Source: Colwellia sp. (GTDB lineage: Bacteria; Pseudomonadota; Gammaproteobacteria; Enterobacterales; Alteromonadaceae). Taken from it: a DNA stretch of 64,000 nt. Every line of letters begins with the position of its first letter. Positions within the stretch are counted from its first letter, which is position 1. The position numbers were made by a program, and so were the translations under genes. This document shows positions 23,394 to 33,399 of this stretch, one piece after another. The notes beneath the pieces are model-generated. The model did not search any database and was not told where the DNA came from. It saw only the letters and a program-made list of their open reading frames with translations. Location of the stretch: NCBI GenBank assembly GCA_034111385.1, contig JAWUXK010000107.1, positions 1,302-65,301 of the forward strand. Reading direction: 5' to 3'.

Positions 23394-24245
23394 ATGAGTG
23401 AATTTAACATAAACCCGGGTACCTTATATATTGTTGCCACTCCCATTGGGAATTTAGGTGATATCAGCTCAAGAGCATTAGCTGTTTTAACGCAGGTAGA
23501 TATTATTGCTTGTGAAGATACGCGGCATACTCAACGATTATTATCCGCTTCGGCAATAAAAAATAAAACCTTGTCGATGCACGATCATAATGAACGACAA
23601 AGACAAGATTATATTGCGCAATTGTTACAAGAAGGGAAGAGTATTGCACTCGTTTCAGATGCAGGAACGCCCTTGATAAGCGATCCCGGTTTTCATTTGG
23701 TGCGCCATTGTCGGAGTCTCAATTTACCTGTTTCCCCAATTCCTGGTGCTTGTGCTGCCATTGCTGCATTGAGTGTTGCAGGCTTGCCTACGGATAGATT
23801 TGCTTTTGAAGGTTTTTTACCCTCAAAATCAGGGGCTAGACAAAGTACATTATTAGCATTGGCGCACGAGCCTAGAACAATGGTGTTTTATGATGCACCA
23901 AGGCGTGCCATTGATACTATAAAAGATATCGTGAGTACATTAGGTGGTGATCGTTATGTTGTTATTGCGCGTGAGTTGACCAAAACTTTTGAAACCATCC
24001 ATTCAGATACCGCGGATAATTTACTTGCTTGGTTAGAACAAGATCCAAATCAACTTAAAGGTGAAATGGTGTTAATCATTGAAGGCCATAAAGTCGATGT
24101 GAATGCTATCTCTCCTGAGGTAATCAACACATTAAAGCTGTTGCTTGGTGAAATGAAACCTAAAAAAGCCTGTGCTATTACTGCAGAAATTTATAATGTT
24201 AAAAAGAATGCTTTATACGATATAGCGCTAAGCTTTAAAGCTTAA
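23394..24245 (+). CDS. rsmI: 16S rRNA C1402 2'-O-methyltransferase
   Basis: LYIVATPIGNLGD, ACEDTR, VSDAGTPLISDPG, ARELTKTFE. Confidence 0.97.
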   Translation: MSEFNINPGTLYIVATPIGNLGDISSRALAVLTQVDIIACEDTRHTQRLLSASAIKNKTLSMHDHNERQRQDYIAQLLQEGKSIALVSDAGTPLISDPGFHLVRHCRSLNLPVSPIPGACAAIAALSVAGLPTDRFAFEGFLPSKSGARQSTLLALAHEPRTMVFYDAPRRAIDTIKDIVSTLGGDRYVVIARELTKTFETIHSDTADNLLAWLEQDPNQLKGEMVLIIEGHKVDVNAISPEVINTLKLLLGEMKPKKACAITAEIYNVKKNALYDIALSFKA

Positions 24246-24331
24246 TGACTTCTATTATTGACTAAAAATTGGGAAACAAGCTTAAAACATGAAATAGTGA
24301 TTTCAGGCTAGTTATCGTAGCAATAGAATAC

Positions 24332-24360
24332 TTGCTCACAGCTAGGCGAACAGGTAGAAT
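24332..24360 (+). promoter_or_regulatory. sigma70 promoter of rnpB
   Basis: TTGCTC-N17-TAGAAT followed by GC-rich discriminator GCGCGTC. Confidence 0.7.
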
Positions 24361-24367
24361 GCGCGTC

Positions 24368-24771
24368 GAGTTGACTAGACGATCGCTGCCTAATTTACGT
24401 AAGTATTATTAGGGGGAGGAAAGTCCGGGCTCCAATGAGCAGGGTGCCAGGTAACGCCTGGGCGGCGCAAGCCGACGACAAGTGCAGCAGAGAGAAGACC
24501 GCCGATGGTTTCCTTAGGGATTCACAGGTAAGGCTGAAAGGGTGCGGTAAGAGCGCACCGGATTGCTGGTAACAGTAATTGCAGGGTAAACTCCACCTGG
24601 AGCAAGCCCAAATAGGGTTTCATGATTATTTAAACGTAAGTTTAGGTAATATAAGCGTGGCTCGCGTGGAAACCGGGTAGGTTGCTTGAGCCTTAGAGCG
24701 ATTTAAGGCCTAGACGAATGATTGTCACTTTTCTTAGGAAAAGATACAAAACCCGGCTTATGTGTCAACTC
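24368..24771 (+). ncRNA. rnpB: RNase P RNA (bacterial type A)
   Basis: GAGGAAAGTCCGGGC, AGTGCAGCAGAGAG, GGTAAACTCCACCTGGAGCAA, ACAAAACCCGGCTTA; P1 GAGTTGAC/GTCAACTC; follows rsmI. Confidence 0.97.
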
Positions 24772-24783
24772 GCAAATTTTGGT

Positions 24784-24820
24784 AACCGCTTGATCTGTTT
24801 ATTATAGTTCAAGCGGTTTT
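24784..24820 (+). terminator. Terminator hairpin after rnpB
   Basis: AACCGCTTGA...TCAAGCGGTT plus T-tract. Confidence 0.8.
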
Positions 24821-24967
24821 CTAAAATCATTCTTTATCAATTCTTTGCAATGAAAAAATGGTACGCGGTTAACTGTACTGATTTCTCTACTCATTACTTA
24901 CACTTAAATTTTCAGCCCACTAACTATTTCAATTATTTACAATCTCAAATTATGGGTACCAAGCGTT

Positions 24968-26554
24968 TTAACCTTTTTTGAAATCATTTTTATAAGAGTT
25001 ATTCATTGTCCTTGATTTAGATATACTAACAGCCTCTGCGAATTCATAATTATTCTTCCCTTGCTGTTTTATTTTGTACATCGTTTGATCTGCTAGTGTC
25101 ACTAATTCTTGAGGGTTTAGTGTGTGGTCAGGATATATGGCAATGCCAATACTGGCACCAATAGTTACCCTATCATTTTTCAGTTGATAGGGTTTAGCTA
25201 CTGTTTCAATTATTTTTTCAGCTATATTGGTGATACTCTTTTTGTCGGAGACGTTGGTCAGTATTACCCAAAATTCATCACCGCCAACGCGCGCCGTTGT
25301 ATCAACTTCTCGAACACAGGAGCAAAGTCGAGTAGCCGTTTCTTTTAGCAGTTGATCACCGGCATCATGACCAAAGGTATCATTAACTATTTTAAATCCA
25401 TCAAGGTCGATAAACATCATAGCTACCTTGGATTTATTTCGTTTTGCAACCGACAAGGCGCTCATCAATCGTTCCATAGAAAGGCGCCGCGTAGGTAACC
25501 CTGTTAGCACATCATGATTAGCCAGATGCAGAATGCGTTGCTCAGCTTGTTTTAAGGCGGTTATATCTTCCTTTACGGCAACATAATGACTAATCTCTCC
25601 ATTACGTTGTTTGACTGGTGTTATCGATGCGATTTCCCAATAAAGCTGACCATTTTTTTTACGGTTATGAAATTCACCACGCCAGGTGTCTCCTGAGATA
25701 AGTGTTTTCCATAGACTCGCGTACTCATCAGAGCTTTTGTTTCCTGAGCTTAAAATGCGCGGATTTTTACCTATAAGTTCATCTTCTGAGTAGCCTGTTT
25801 TCTTTGAAAAGGCAGGGTTAACGTAGTCAATTGAGCCCGTAGTATCGGTAATAATTATCGATGATGCTGATTGATCTACAGCAAGAGAAACAATTCGAAA
25901 GCTCGATTCTAAACTTGCATAAACCAGCAGGATGAGTGTGATAGCAATCCCGCCAATGATAAATATACTGAAGAGAAATACCAATGTTGAAGAAATATTA
26001 TTATGCATGAAAGAATGTTCAAAAGGTGATAGCAATGCTATCACTCCTCTTACACCATGAAAAATTCCAAATAGACCAAAAACCGTAGCCACAGCAAATC
26101 CAGCTGACCGCCAAGGCGCGCTTTTTTCACGTAGTACAGTATAAACAATAGCAAAGCATGTCATAGCAAATGCGGCGGAAAGAACCACTATCCTGATATT
26201 CATATTTTGCTCTACATAATTGAAGTAGTAGAAGAGCACCATACATAGCGGTGCTAAAACAAAATCAAAAAAAATCAGAGGTGGGCGGCCAGTAAAAATA
26301 AGCATGCCCCTCAAAAGAAGCACAAACCCGATCACATAAAAAGAGTTAGCAATAACAAGGGAGATAAAATCGGGAATGCTGCCCCGCCCAGAGATTAAAA
26401 TACACGCGATGGAAAAACAGGACAGCCCTGCGGCCCAAAAACCTGCACCATTAGGCTTTATCTGAGCTCGCCACAATGCAATCAGTGCCACCGCTGAGCC
26501 TATTGAAATAAGAGCCATTACCACGAGGAGGGTACGGGTATCTAGTTCAAACAT
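24968..26554 (-). CDS. Membrane-bound PAS-GGDEF diguanylate cyclase
   Basis: About 7 TM helices, PAS (YVNPAF...GKNPRIL...WRGEF), HDVLTGL, DLDGFK, RVGGDEF. Confidence 0.92.
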   Translation of the reverse strand: MFELDTRTLLVVMALISIGSAVALIALWRAQIKPNGAGFWAAGLSCFSIACILISGRGSIPDFISLVIANSFYVIGFVLLLRGMLIFTGRPPLIFFDFVLAPLCMVLFYYFNYVEQNMNIRIVVLSAAFAMTCFAIVYTVLREKSAPWRSAGFAVATVFGLFGIFHGVRGVIALLSPFEHSFMHNNISSTLVFLFSIFIIGGIAITLILLVYASLESSFRIVSLAVDQSASSIIITDTTGSIDYVNPAFSKKTGYSEDELIGKNPRILSSGNKSSDEYASLWKTLISGDTWRGEFHNRKKNGQLYWEIASITPVKQRNGEISHYVAVKEDITALKQAEQRILHLANHDVLTGLPTRRLSMERLMSALSVAKRNKSKVAMMFIDLDGFKIVNDTFGHDAGDQLLKETATRLCSCVREVDTTARVGGDEFWVILTNVSDKKSITNIAEKIIETVAKPYQLKNDRVTIGASIGIAIYPDHTLNPQELVTLADQTMYKIKQQGKNNYEFAEAVSISKSRTMNNSYKNDFKKG

Positions 26555-27005
26555 TTTTGTTTCATTTTGGCAATAAACTCCATTTCACTGGCCAGCTCTT
26601 TATTCATAACGATTTGAACTGTTTTTCTTATTTATAATAGAAGGTAACTTTCCGGCTTTAATCGTGAATCTTAGCAGCTCGGACTGATTTCCTTTACGGA
26701 GGTTTGTAGCTTATGTAATCACAAACTAGAGGCGTATAGCAATGCGCATAGCGGGTTGTATTGGTAACGTTGAAAATTAATATCAAATATATGCGTAGTT
26801 AATGCTGATAAACTCAACAAAACTCATAACTTTCAGTATTTATGTTTTAAGAATTATAACTCTACATGACAAACTGAGTGTTTAACAGTGATATCCCGAC
26901 AAATTGGGCTTCAAAATGAATCAGTCACTATTTAACGTCCCTGACTTTGCTAGTCTGTCACACAGATTTTGTTACAGGTTCTTTTTTAGGTTTTTTGTTT
27001 GGGTT

Positions 27006-27022
27006 GACTTATGTGTCAAGTC
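27006..27022 (+). repeat. Degenerate copy of the rnpB 3' end
   Basis: GACTTATGTGTCAAGTC versus rnpB 24755-24771 GGCTTATGTGTCAACTC (15/17), followed by a terminator-like hairpin. Confidence 0.6.
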
Positions 27023-27032
27023 ATCAACTTTT

Positions 27033-27075
27033 AGCAGGGTGTAGCGATTTTTAAATAAATTGCTACACCCCTTGC
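27033..27075. terminator. Long terminator-like hairpin at the 3' end of the chemoreceptor gene
   Basis: AGGGTGTAGCGATTT-TTAAAT-AAATTGCTACACCCT. Confidence 0.75.
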
Positions 27076-27078
27076 TTT

Positions 27079-29022
27079 TTAGCTGACAGACAATTTGGTT
27101 TTATCCAGTAGGCTTACAATATTATCTGATAAAGGTCCAAGTTCTTTATATAAATCGTTTGCTTTGTCCAATTCTCCAACTTCATGCAATTCATATACTT
27201 CTTTGACAATTTGGTGCAATCTCGCATGGGGTGGTTCAATTTGTTGAAAGTATTTAGAGTGACCATAACTCTTTTTGCCCTCAGTGTAATACCATTTACC
27301 TAGCATACATTCCCGGTGAGAGCATATTTGCTCTTTTGTAATTGCATTTAAATCGCCACCAAGAAAGTCCCTCACTTTTGATTTCCAAGCAAGGTGAGCA
27401 TTTTTTGCTGCGTTAAAGTCAAATTGGCTTGCCGATTCTCCTAAATCATACTGTTCGAGTTGCAACTCTAATGAGGATAGTAAGTCTTTTAATGAGCTAA
27501 TTTTCTCTTCAAGTGTCAGTACATTCTCAATAGTTTTTTGAGACTGGCTATTAATGGAATGTACATTGCTATTCATCTCTTCAGTGACACAGGTTTGCTC
27601 TTCAGCCGCCGTTGCTATTTGCATATTCATATCATTGACATCAGTGACGGAGTCAACAATTTGGTTGAATGCGTCTTCGGTACTTTGAATTTTTTCGACA
27701 GAATAATTTACCTTTTCAAGCCCGTGTTCCATTGCTAACACGGAATCTTTACTTTTGTTTTGTAAAGATTCAATCATGGTATTTATTTCTAGGGTTGAAG
27801 CTTGTGTTCGAGATGAGAGGTTTCGAACTTCATCTGCTACAACTGAAAATCCGCGCCCGTACTCTCCTGCTCTCGCTGCTTCAATGGCAGCATTCAAGGC
27901 AAGTAAGTTAGTTTGATCTGCGATATCACTGATAGCAGAGGTAATATCTTTAATCTTTGCACATTCTACTGCTAATTCATTAATAGTGTTTGCAGCAGCT
28001 TGTACGTCGGTTGCTAGCTCTAATACTGTGTTCTTGGTCGATTCAACAGTTTCTTTACCGGTAGTCGCCATATTATTTGCTGTGGCAGAGTAATCGGATG
28101 TTCTTGTGGTGTTTTGTGCTATTTCGGTTACAGTAGCACTCATTTCATTCATCGCGGTAGCAACCATCTCTGTTTCCAAATGTTGCTTATCCATATTCAC
28201 TTTTGTTTGGTATCCGCTTTCAGACAAAACATCAATTGCCAGGCCTAGGCTTTGTGTTGATTCAGTGAATCGGCCAATAATTGCTTTAAGTCTTCCTTGA
28301 AGCATCTTACTTGACATGATAGTGCTACCTATCTCATCAAACTTATCTACTTCAATATTTTCATTTAAATCGCCTGATGAGATTGTTCTTAATGTCTTTG
28401 TTAAAGCATTAACCCTTTTTACAACCTCAACGTTAACCATGTATACAAGTAATCCAACAAGAATAACAAACCCCAAGTTAAATACTAAATATTCTGGATC
28501 AATGGTAAAAAATTGCTTTGCGCTTATCTGCTCATAAAGAAATAGAGATGTTAGCATTAGCAATATTATATTAATCTTGGCCGCCAATTTTATTCGTTTA
28601 AGAAAAGGTGGCTTTGGTAGTTTTTTTGCAGGATTACTGTTAAGTGAATTATATAAAAGCTCAGCATCACTTATTTGTTGTTGTGTTGGGCAGCTTCTTA
28701 CTGATTGATAACCAGTTTTCACTCCTTTTTCAAAAATGGGTGTAACATAGGCGTGAACCCAATAATAATCGCCATTTTTACATTTGTTTTTCACCATACC
28801 TTGCCAAGGTTTATCTTTTTGTATGGTTGCCCATAAGTCTTCAAATGCGGCTTTGGGCATATCAGGATGTCGTACAATATTATGATGTGAATTTAATAAT
28901 TCACCTTCTGTAAAGCCACTTATTTCAATAAAGTCACTATTACAATACTGTATAACTCCTTTTACATCTGTAACAGATATTAACGTTGATTTTTCGGAAA
29001 ATTTTCTTTCTTTAATAGACAT
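27079..29022 (-). CDS. Aer-like chemoreceptor: PAS-TM-HAMP-MCP signalling domain plus C-terminal CZB zinc-binding domain
   Basis: [18 protein letters not shown] (Aer PAS), [18 protein letters not shown] (MCP), AHLAWK...[11 protein letters not shown]...HARLH (CZB). Confidence 0.9.
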   Translation of the reverse strand: MSIKERKFSEKSTLISVTDVKGVIQYCNSDFIEISGFTEGELLNSHHNIVRHPDMPKAAFEDLWATIQKDKPWQGMVKNKCKNGDYYWVHAYVTPIFEKGVKTGYQSVRSCPTQQQISDAELLYNSLNSNPAKKLPKPPFLKRIKLAAKINIILLMLTSLFLYEQISAKQFFTIDPEYLVFNLGFVILVGLLVYMVNVEVVKRVNALTKTLRTISSGDLNENIEVDKFDEIGSTIMSSKMLQGRLKAIIGRFTESTQSLGLAIDVLSESGYQTKVNMDKQHLETEMVATAMNEMSATVTEIAQNTTRTSDYSATANNMATTGKETVESTKNTVLELATDVQAAANTINELAVECAKIKDITSAISDIADQTNLLALNAAIEAARAGEYGRGFSVVADEVRNLSSRTQASTLEINTMIESLQNKSKDSVLAMEHGLEKVNYSVEKIQSTEDAFNQIVDSVTDVNDMNMQIATAAEEQTCVTEEMNSNVHSINSQSQKTIENVLTLEEKISSLKDLLSSLELQLEQYDLGESASQFDFNAAKNAHLAWKSKVRDFLGGDLNAITKEQICSHRECMLGKWYYTEGKKSYGHSKYFQQIEPPHARLHQIVKEVYELHEVGELDKANDLYKELGPLSDNIVSLLDKTKLSVS

Positions 29023-29331
29023 GGCTACTTCTCTTTTTTTTGGCTTTTAAACCTATATCTCAGTCTGAATAAAAATTAGAGTACTTTTACACTTTAAGAA
29101 ACAGATGATAGTTATTTTTATGAATACAATGGGTTATCATCAAGGTTAAGTGTTTCCTTTACGAGAGTAAGTATTATAAAAATAAAATTTATCACGGGTA
29201 TAGGTAAAAATCTATGTGTTGATGGCTATAAAAAGCACAAAAAACAACTTACAATGGGTAAAAATTATGTGTTTATCCTGCGATAAAGAATTATCATTAA
29301 AATTATTTTATTAGTAATTTTACAAATGCCT

Positions 29332-29345
29332 TTGATCTAGATTAA
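29332..29345. promoter_or_regulatory. Possible FNR box in the divergent aer/DGC promoter region
   Basis: TTGAT-CTAG-ATTAA, one mismatch to TTGAT-N4-ATCAA; the AT-rich context lowers significance. Confidence 0.4.
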
Positions 29346-29589
29346 TCATTGGGTTGTTAACGCAAGCTATTTAGATAAATAGTGAGGTAACTACAATAGG
29401 CTTAATAAGATTTTTATTAAAATGTAAATATCAAAAATAATGTTAGTTACCATTAATCATTTTTTCTTATAAGGAAGTAAACCAATACACACAGATGGAT
29501 TTGTTACCCTAATTATTTAATGAGTGGTTAACCCCCTTTAACAGCTAATATCAGGTTGTTAGATATAATATATATTCGAATGGTAAGTA

Positions 29590-30717
29590 ATGATTCATCC
29601 TAAACTGATACAAGTTTTGGTAGACCAAACACCAAGATCTATGTTTGCAATGCTCATCGTGTCTGCTGCTTATTTTGGGGTGTTTATTCGGTATATTCCT
29701 TTTCCAATTCTCTTGCTTTGGTTCAGTTTTCAAATAGTATTAGCCGCATACCGTTTGCATAATGCTAAAATTTTTGACAAATATTTAAAGGTAAATAATC
29801 AACAGGAAATACAAAAGCAGAAAGTTTGTTTCGTAATATCCAATTTATTTCAAGCATTTATGTGGACTATGTCTTCTATTTTGGCTGTCATCTATGCACC
29901 GCAACCATTTGAATTGGTATGTTTTGTTATGATTATCGGGATAATAACCGCTGCTGCATTGTCTATGTCTACACTTTTCAGTGCTTATTTGGTTTTTTTC
30001 TTTGCAATGATTATTCCGCAAATTATCATTCTATTTTATTATGGTGAGCACCAACATATTGGTTTGATTGTGTTAACGCTTATTTTTATTCCCGCAACAA
30101 TTTTGCTTTCAAAGACGCTTCATGACAATCGCTTAATGATTATAAAAGATCATAGTAAGCTAGAAGAAAATGTAAAAAAACTGCACCAATTATCGATGAT
30201 CGATAATCTAACGAATATATATAATCGGCGTTATTTCTTTAACATATCTCAAGATTTAATTTCTATCGCAGTAAGGGAACAAAAAAAAGTTTCATTGCTA
30301 ATGATTGATATAGATTATTTTAAAAATATCAATGATACCTATGGCCATCATGCGGGCGATTATATTTTAGTACACCTAGTAAAAGAAGTAGATAAATTGA
30401 TGAGAAAAAGTGATGTTTTTGCCCGCGTTGGTGGTGAAGAGTTTGCTGTTCTACTTCAGAGTACATCGCTTGAAGGGGCAATTTTTATTGCTGATAAAAT
30501 ACGTACAACAATAGAGAAAAAAGAATTCATTTATAATTCTACCGCGATTGAATTAACCATATCTATCGGTGTCGCTGAACTAAGCAAGAAAAACAGCTCA
30601 ATTGAGGCGTTATATAAGGAAGCAGATAAGCACCTTTATTTTGCTAAAAATAATGGAAGAAATAGTGTGGCTTCTCGGTATAGCTCCCAAGGAAATCTTG
30701 ATTATAAAGTCATTTAA
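29590..30717 (+). CDS. Membrane-bound diguanylate cyclase (GGEEF)
   Basis: 5-6 TM helices, DNLTNIYNRR, DIDYFK, RVGGEEF, AKNNGRN. Confidence 0.92.
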   Translation: MIHPKLIQVLVDQTPRSMFAMLIVSAAYFGVFIRYIPFPILLLWFSFQIVLAAYRLHNAKIFDKYLKVNNQQEIQKQKVCFVISNLFQAFMWTMSSILAVIYAPQPFELVCFVMIIGIITAAALSMSTLFSAYLVFFFAMIIPQIIILFYYGEHQHIGLIVLTLIFIPATILLSKTLHDNRLMIIKDHSKLEENVKKLHQLSMIDNLTNIYNRRYFFNISQDLISIAVREQKKVSLLMIDIDYFKNINDTYGHHAGDYILVHLVKEVDKLMRKSDVFARVGGEEFAVLLQSTSLEGAIFIADKIRTTIEKKEFIYNSTAIELTISIGVAELSKKNSSIEALYKEADKHLYFAKNNGRNSVASRYSSQGNLDYKVI

Positions 30718-30763
30718 GGTTTAGACAAATAATGGGCACTTTTTTGGGAAAGCGGCAGCTTCT

Positions 30764-30823
30764 GATTTATGTATTGACTAGCAATTTTAAAAGCCGCTTG
30801 ATTGTTTAAAAACAGCCAAGCGG
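30764..30823 (+). repeat. Degenerate direct repeat of the rnpB 3' end plus terminator (24755-24816)
   Basis: By-eye alignment gives about 43 of 62 identical positions, including TTATGT, GCAA-TTTT, CCGCTTGAT, TGTTTA, CAAGCGG in the same order and spacing. Confidence 0.75.
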
Positions 30824-30872
30824 ATTACGGATAAAACTAATCTCTTTTGATTATCATTCAAAGTGGCGCGAG

Positions 30873-32132
30873 TTAAGTTCTATATTCAGCATTAATTTTG
30901 ACGTAATCATAGCTAAAATCACAAGTCCAAATGGTGGCATCTTCACTACCACGGTGAAGTTGAACAGTAATATCAATTTCTGCCTCATTCATAACCGCTT
31001 GGCCTTCTTCTTCTTGATAGCTTTCAGCACGACCGCCTTTTTCAGCCACTAATACATCACCAAAATAAAGCTCTAATTGCTCAGTGTCTAAATCAGCTAA
31101 TGATTCACATTCTCTTGACGCATAGCCTATAGCAGCAAGCACTCGGCCTAAATTTGGATCAGAAGCAAACATTGCCGTTTTAACTAATGGACTTTTACCG
31201 ATAGAAAAACCAATGGTTTTCGCTTCATCAACACTTAAGGCGCCTTTAACAGTAACTGTTAAAAATTTGGTTGCACCTTCACCATCGCGGACGATAGCTT
31301 TCGCTAAATATTGCGCTGTTTCAAGTAAGGCATTATATATTTCAGTAAAACCTTCATCACAACGTGTTTTAATAATATCGGTGTTGCTTTTTCCTGTGGC
31401 AATAACAATGAATGAATCGTTAGTTGAGGTATCACCGTCAACAGAAATACAGTTAAAAGAGAGGTCTGTTATCTCTTTCGTTAGTTCATCTAATAATGAC
31501 TGAGTTATATTCGCATCGGTTGCGACATAACCTAACATGGTGGCCATATTAGGGTGAATCATACCAGCACCTTTAGAAATACCAGTAATATTAACCTGCT
31601 CGCTGCCGATTGTTACCGAAGTAGAGTAAGCTTTTGGCGCCACGTCAGTGGTCATGATCGCTGAAGCAGCATCAGCCCAGTTATCCGCACTTAAATTATC
31701 AACAGCTAGTGGTAAGCCAGCTAGCAACTTATTCATTGGTAAATGTTCTAAAATTATTCCTGTTGAAAAAGGTAATATTGATTCCACGGGAGTCGACATA
31801 ATTTCAGCCAAACTTTGACAAGTTGTTAGTGAATCTAACATTCCTTGCTTGCCTGTTCCTGCGTTGGCATTACCGGTATTGATTACTAGTGCTTTGATGC
31901 CTGCAACGTCATTATTTTTAACGGCATCTAAATGTTTTTTACATAACGTTACGGGGGCAGCACAAAAGCGGTTTTGAGTAAAAACGCCTGATACGGCACT
32001 GCCATCGGCAATTTCAATCACCAGTAAATCTTTACGATTTTGTTGTTTAATATTTGACTCAGCCCAGCCTAAGCGAATGCCTTGAATTGGCGCGAGTAAA
32101 GCAGGATTTATTTCAGGTAAATTGACAGGCAT
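30873..32132 (-). CDS. argJ: Bifunctional ornithine acetyltransferase/N-acetylglutamate synthase
   Basis: GVFTQNRFCAAPV, GNANAGTG, IMTTD, KGAGMIHPNMA-TML autocleavage site, DGDTSTND, DGEGATK, INAEYRT. Confidence 0.97.
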   Translation of the reverse strand: MPVNLPEINPALLAPIQGIRLGWAESNIKQQNRKDLLVIEIADGSAVSGVFTQNRFCAAPVTLCKKHLDAVKNNDVAGIKALVINTGNANAGTGKQGMLDSLTTCQSLAEIMSTPVESILPFSTGIILEHLPMNKLLAGLPLAVDNLSADNWADAASAIMTTDVAPKAYSTSVTIGSEQVNITGISKGAGMIHPNMATMLGYVATDANITQSLLDELTKEITDLSFNCISVDGDTSTNDSFIVIATGKSNTDIIKTRCDEGFTEIYNALLETAQYLAKAIVRDGEGATKFLTVTVKGALSVDEAKTIGFSIGKSPLVKTAMFASDPNLGRVLAAIGYASRECESLADLDTEQLELYFGDVLVAEKGGRAESYQEEEGQAVMNEAEIDITVQLHRGSEDATIWTCDFSYDYVKINAEYRT

Positions 32133-32223
32133 AAAAAATTATTAATAGCAAAAAAGTAGGTAAATATTACGCTTTTCTGGTTTTTTATGCAAAAGCAATC
32201 TACTTAATAGTCATAATTAGTTT

Positions 32224-32778
32224 TTATAGAATACTAACGTTTGCTTTACGAATTTGACTCGTACACTCAGCTAACACAATAGCGCCAGCAGTGGAGACAT
32301 TTAACGAATTACCCATACCAAACATAGGGATGTGTATTTGATGATGGCTTAACTTTAATGCGTCTTCACTCACCCCTTTGCGCTCATTGCCTAAGACTAA
32401 TGCGCAAGGAGAAGGGTAAGCGACCTCTTTATAGTCAAGTGACTCACGGCATAATTCAACACTAAAAATAGTATAATTATTCTTTAATAAGGCTTGTAAA
32501 CTCGTAGTAGTGCTGTCGCTATATTCAATACAAACCCATTTAGCTTCATTTCTAGACGCTTTTTTCAGCTTTTTGTCTGATATGGTCAGCGCTCCACAAA
32601 TAATGATTTTTTCAATAGAGAAAGCATCAGCTAAGCGAATAAAAGCACCGACATTATAACTATTGGTGACATTATCTAAAACGAGCGTTAGGGGAAGTTT
32701 AGGCTTGTTTAGGTATTCATTTCGAGTAGGTTTATTTTTTCTAAGGTCTTCTTTACTAAGTTGTATCGCTGAATTCAT
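32224..32778 (-). CDS. SpoU/TrmH family RNA methyltransferase
   Basis: LDNVTNSYNVGAFIR, LVLGNERKGV, IPMFGMGNSLNVS. Confidence 0.9.
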   Translation of the reverse strand: MNSAIQLSKEDLRKNKPTRNEYLNKPKLPLTLVLDNVTNSYNVGAFIRLADAFSIEKIIICGALTISDKKLKKASRNEAKWVCIEYSDSTTTSLQALLKNNYTIFSVELCRESLDYKEVAYPSPCALVLGNERKGVSEDALKLSHHQIHIPMFGMGNSLNVSTAGAIVLAECTSQIRKANVSIL

Positions 32779-32835
32779 TTTATCTACTCTTGTTAAATAG
32801 TTAGCCTAACTTGGGATCTTAAAGGCTGAAAATAA

Positions 32836-33345
32836 TTACTTTAGGCTGTGGTTCGTGTATTCACCTTTAATGGTTAGTTGAATAACGACAGGTGTATTTG
32901 ATGTATTTTTCCAATACCAGCCATGAGTCCCTTGAAATGGTGTAGTAAAACTACCTTCCATCCCATTTAATGTTGCTATGGCATAGCTTTCAAAATAGCC
33001 TGTTGTGTTGTCTTTTGGTTCGCCATGTAAGTCAAAGTACAAAGCTGCGCCATCAGTCACCCAACGATAGGTTAACTTTTGATGTTGTAGCATGGTAAAT
33101 TTGTATTCAACACCACTTTGAGCAGGCACAATTATGTCAATATGTTCAACGGCCCCTTTGGCCTCTACTTTGGCTTCTTCATTGTTGAATACGGTTAATC
33201 CCAGTACATGCCCAACCCCGGTAGGGTCAATATTGTATTCAGCAGGCAATATGATGGTAACTAAGGTGATTACAGCGAAAATAATGCTGAATAGGGTATA
33301 TTTGAATAGTGTAGCTGTGTTTGGAACAATAGCTTGTTGTTGCAT
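32836..33345 (-). CDS. Membrane-anchored protein, partner of the HupE/UreJ protein
   Basis: TM followed by LPAEYNIDPTGVG, FDLHGEP, GTHGWYWKN; 54 bp downstream of the HupE/UreJ gene. Confidence 0.65.
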   Translation of the reverse strand: MQQQAIVPNTATLFKYTLFSIIFAVITLVTIILPAEYNIDPTGVGHVLGLTVFNNEEAKVEAKGAVEHIDIIVPAQSGVEYKFTMLQHQKLTYRWVTDGAALYFDLHGEPKDNTTGYFESYAIATLNGMEGSFTTPFQGTHGWYWKNTSNTPVVIQLTIKGEYTNHSLK

Positions 33346-33399
33346 AAACGTATCTCGAAATCTCTGTTTGTAATCGTAGCTTAATGATTGTTTTATTTG

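Noticed and set aside
26660-26760. Possible c-di-GMP-I (GEMM) riboswitch fragment (CACAAACTAGAGG...ATAGCGGGTTG) near the cyclase gene
   Set aside because: The GGCAAAC/GAAA first hairpin is missing, and the resemblance is on the strand opposite the adjacent gene.
29205-29285. Further rnpB 3'-end-like words (CTATGTGTTGA, TTATGTGTTTATC)
   Set aside because: Only 7-8 nt matches in very AT-rich DNA, with no following hairpin.
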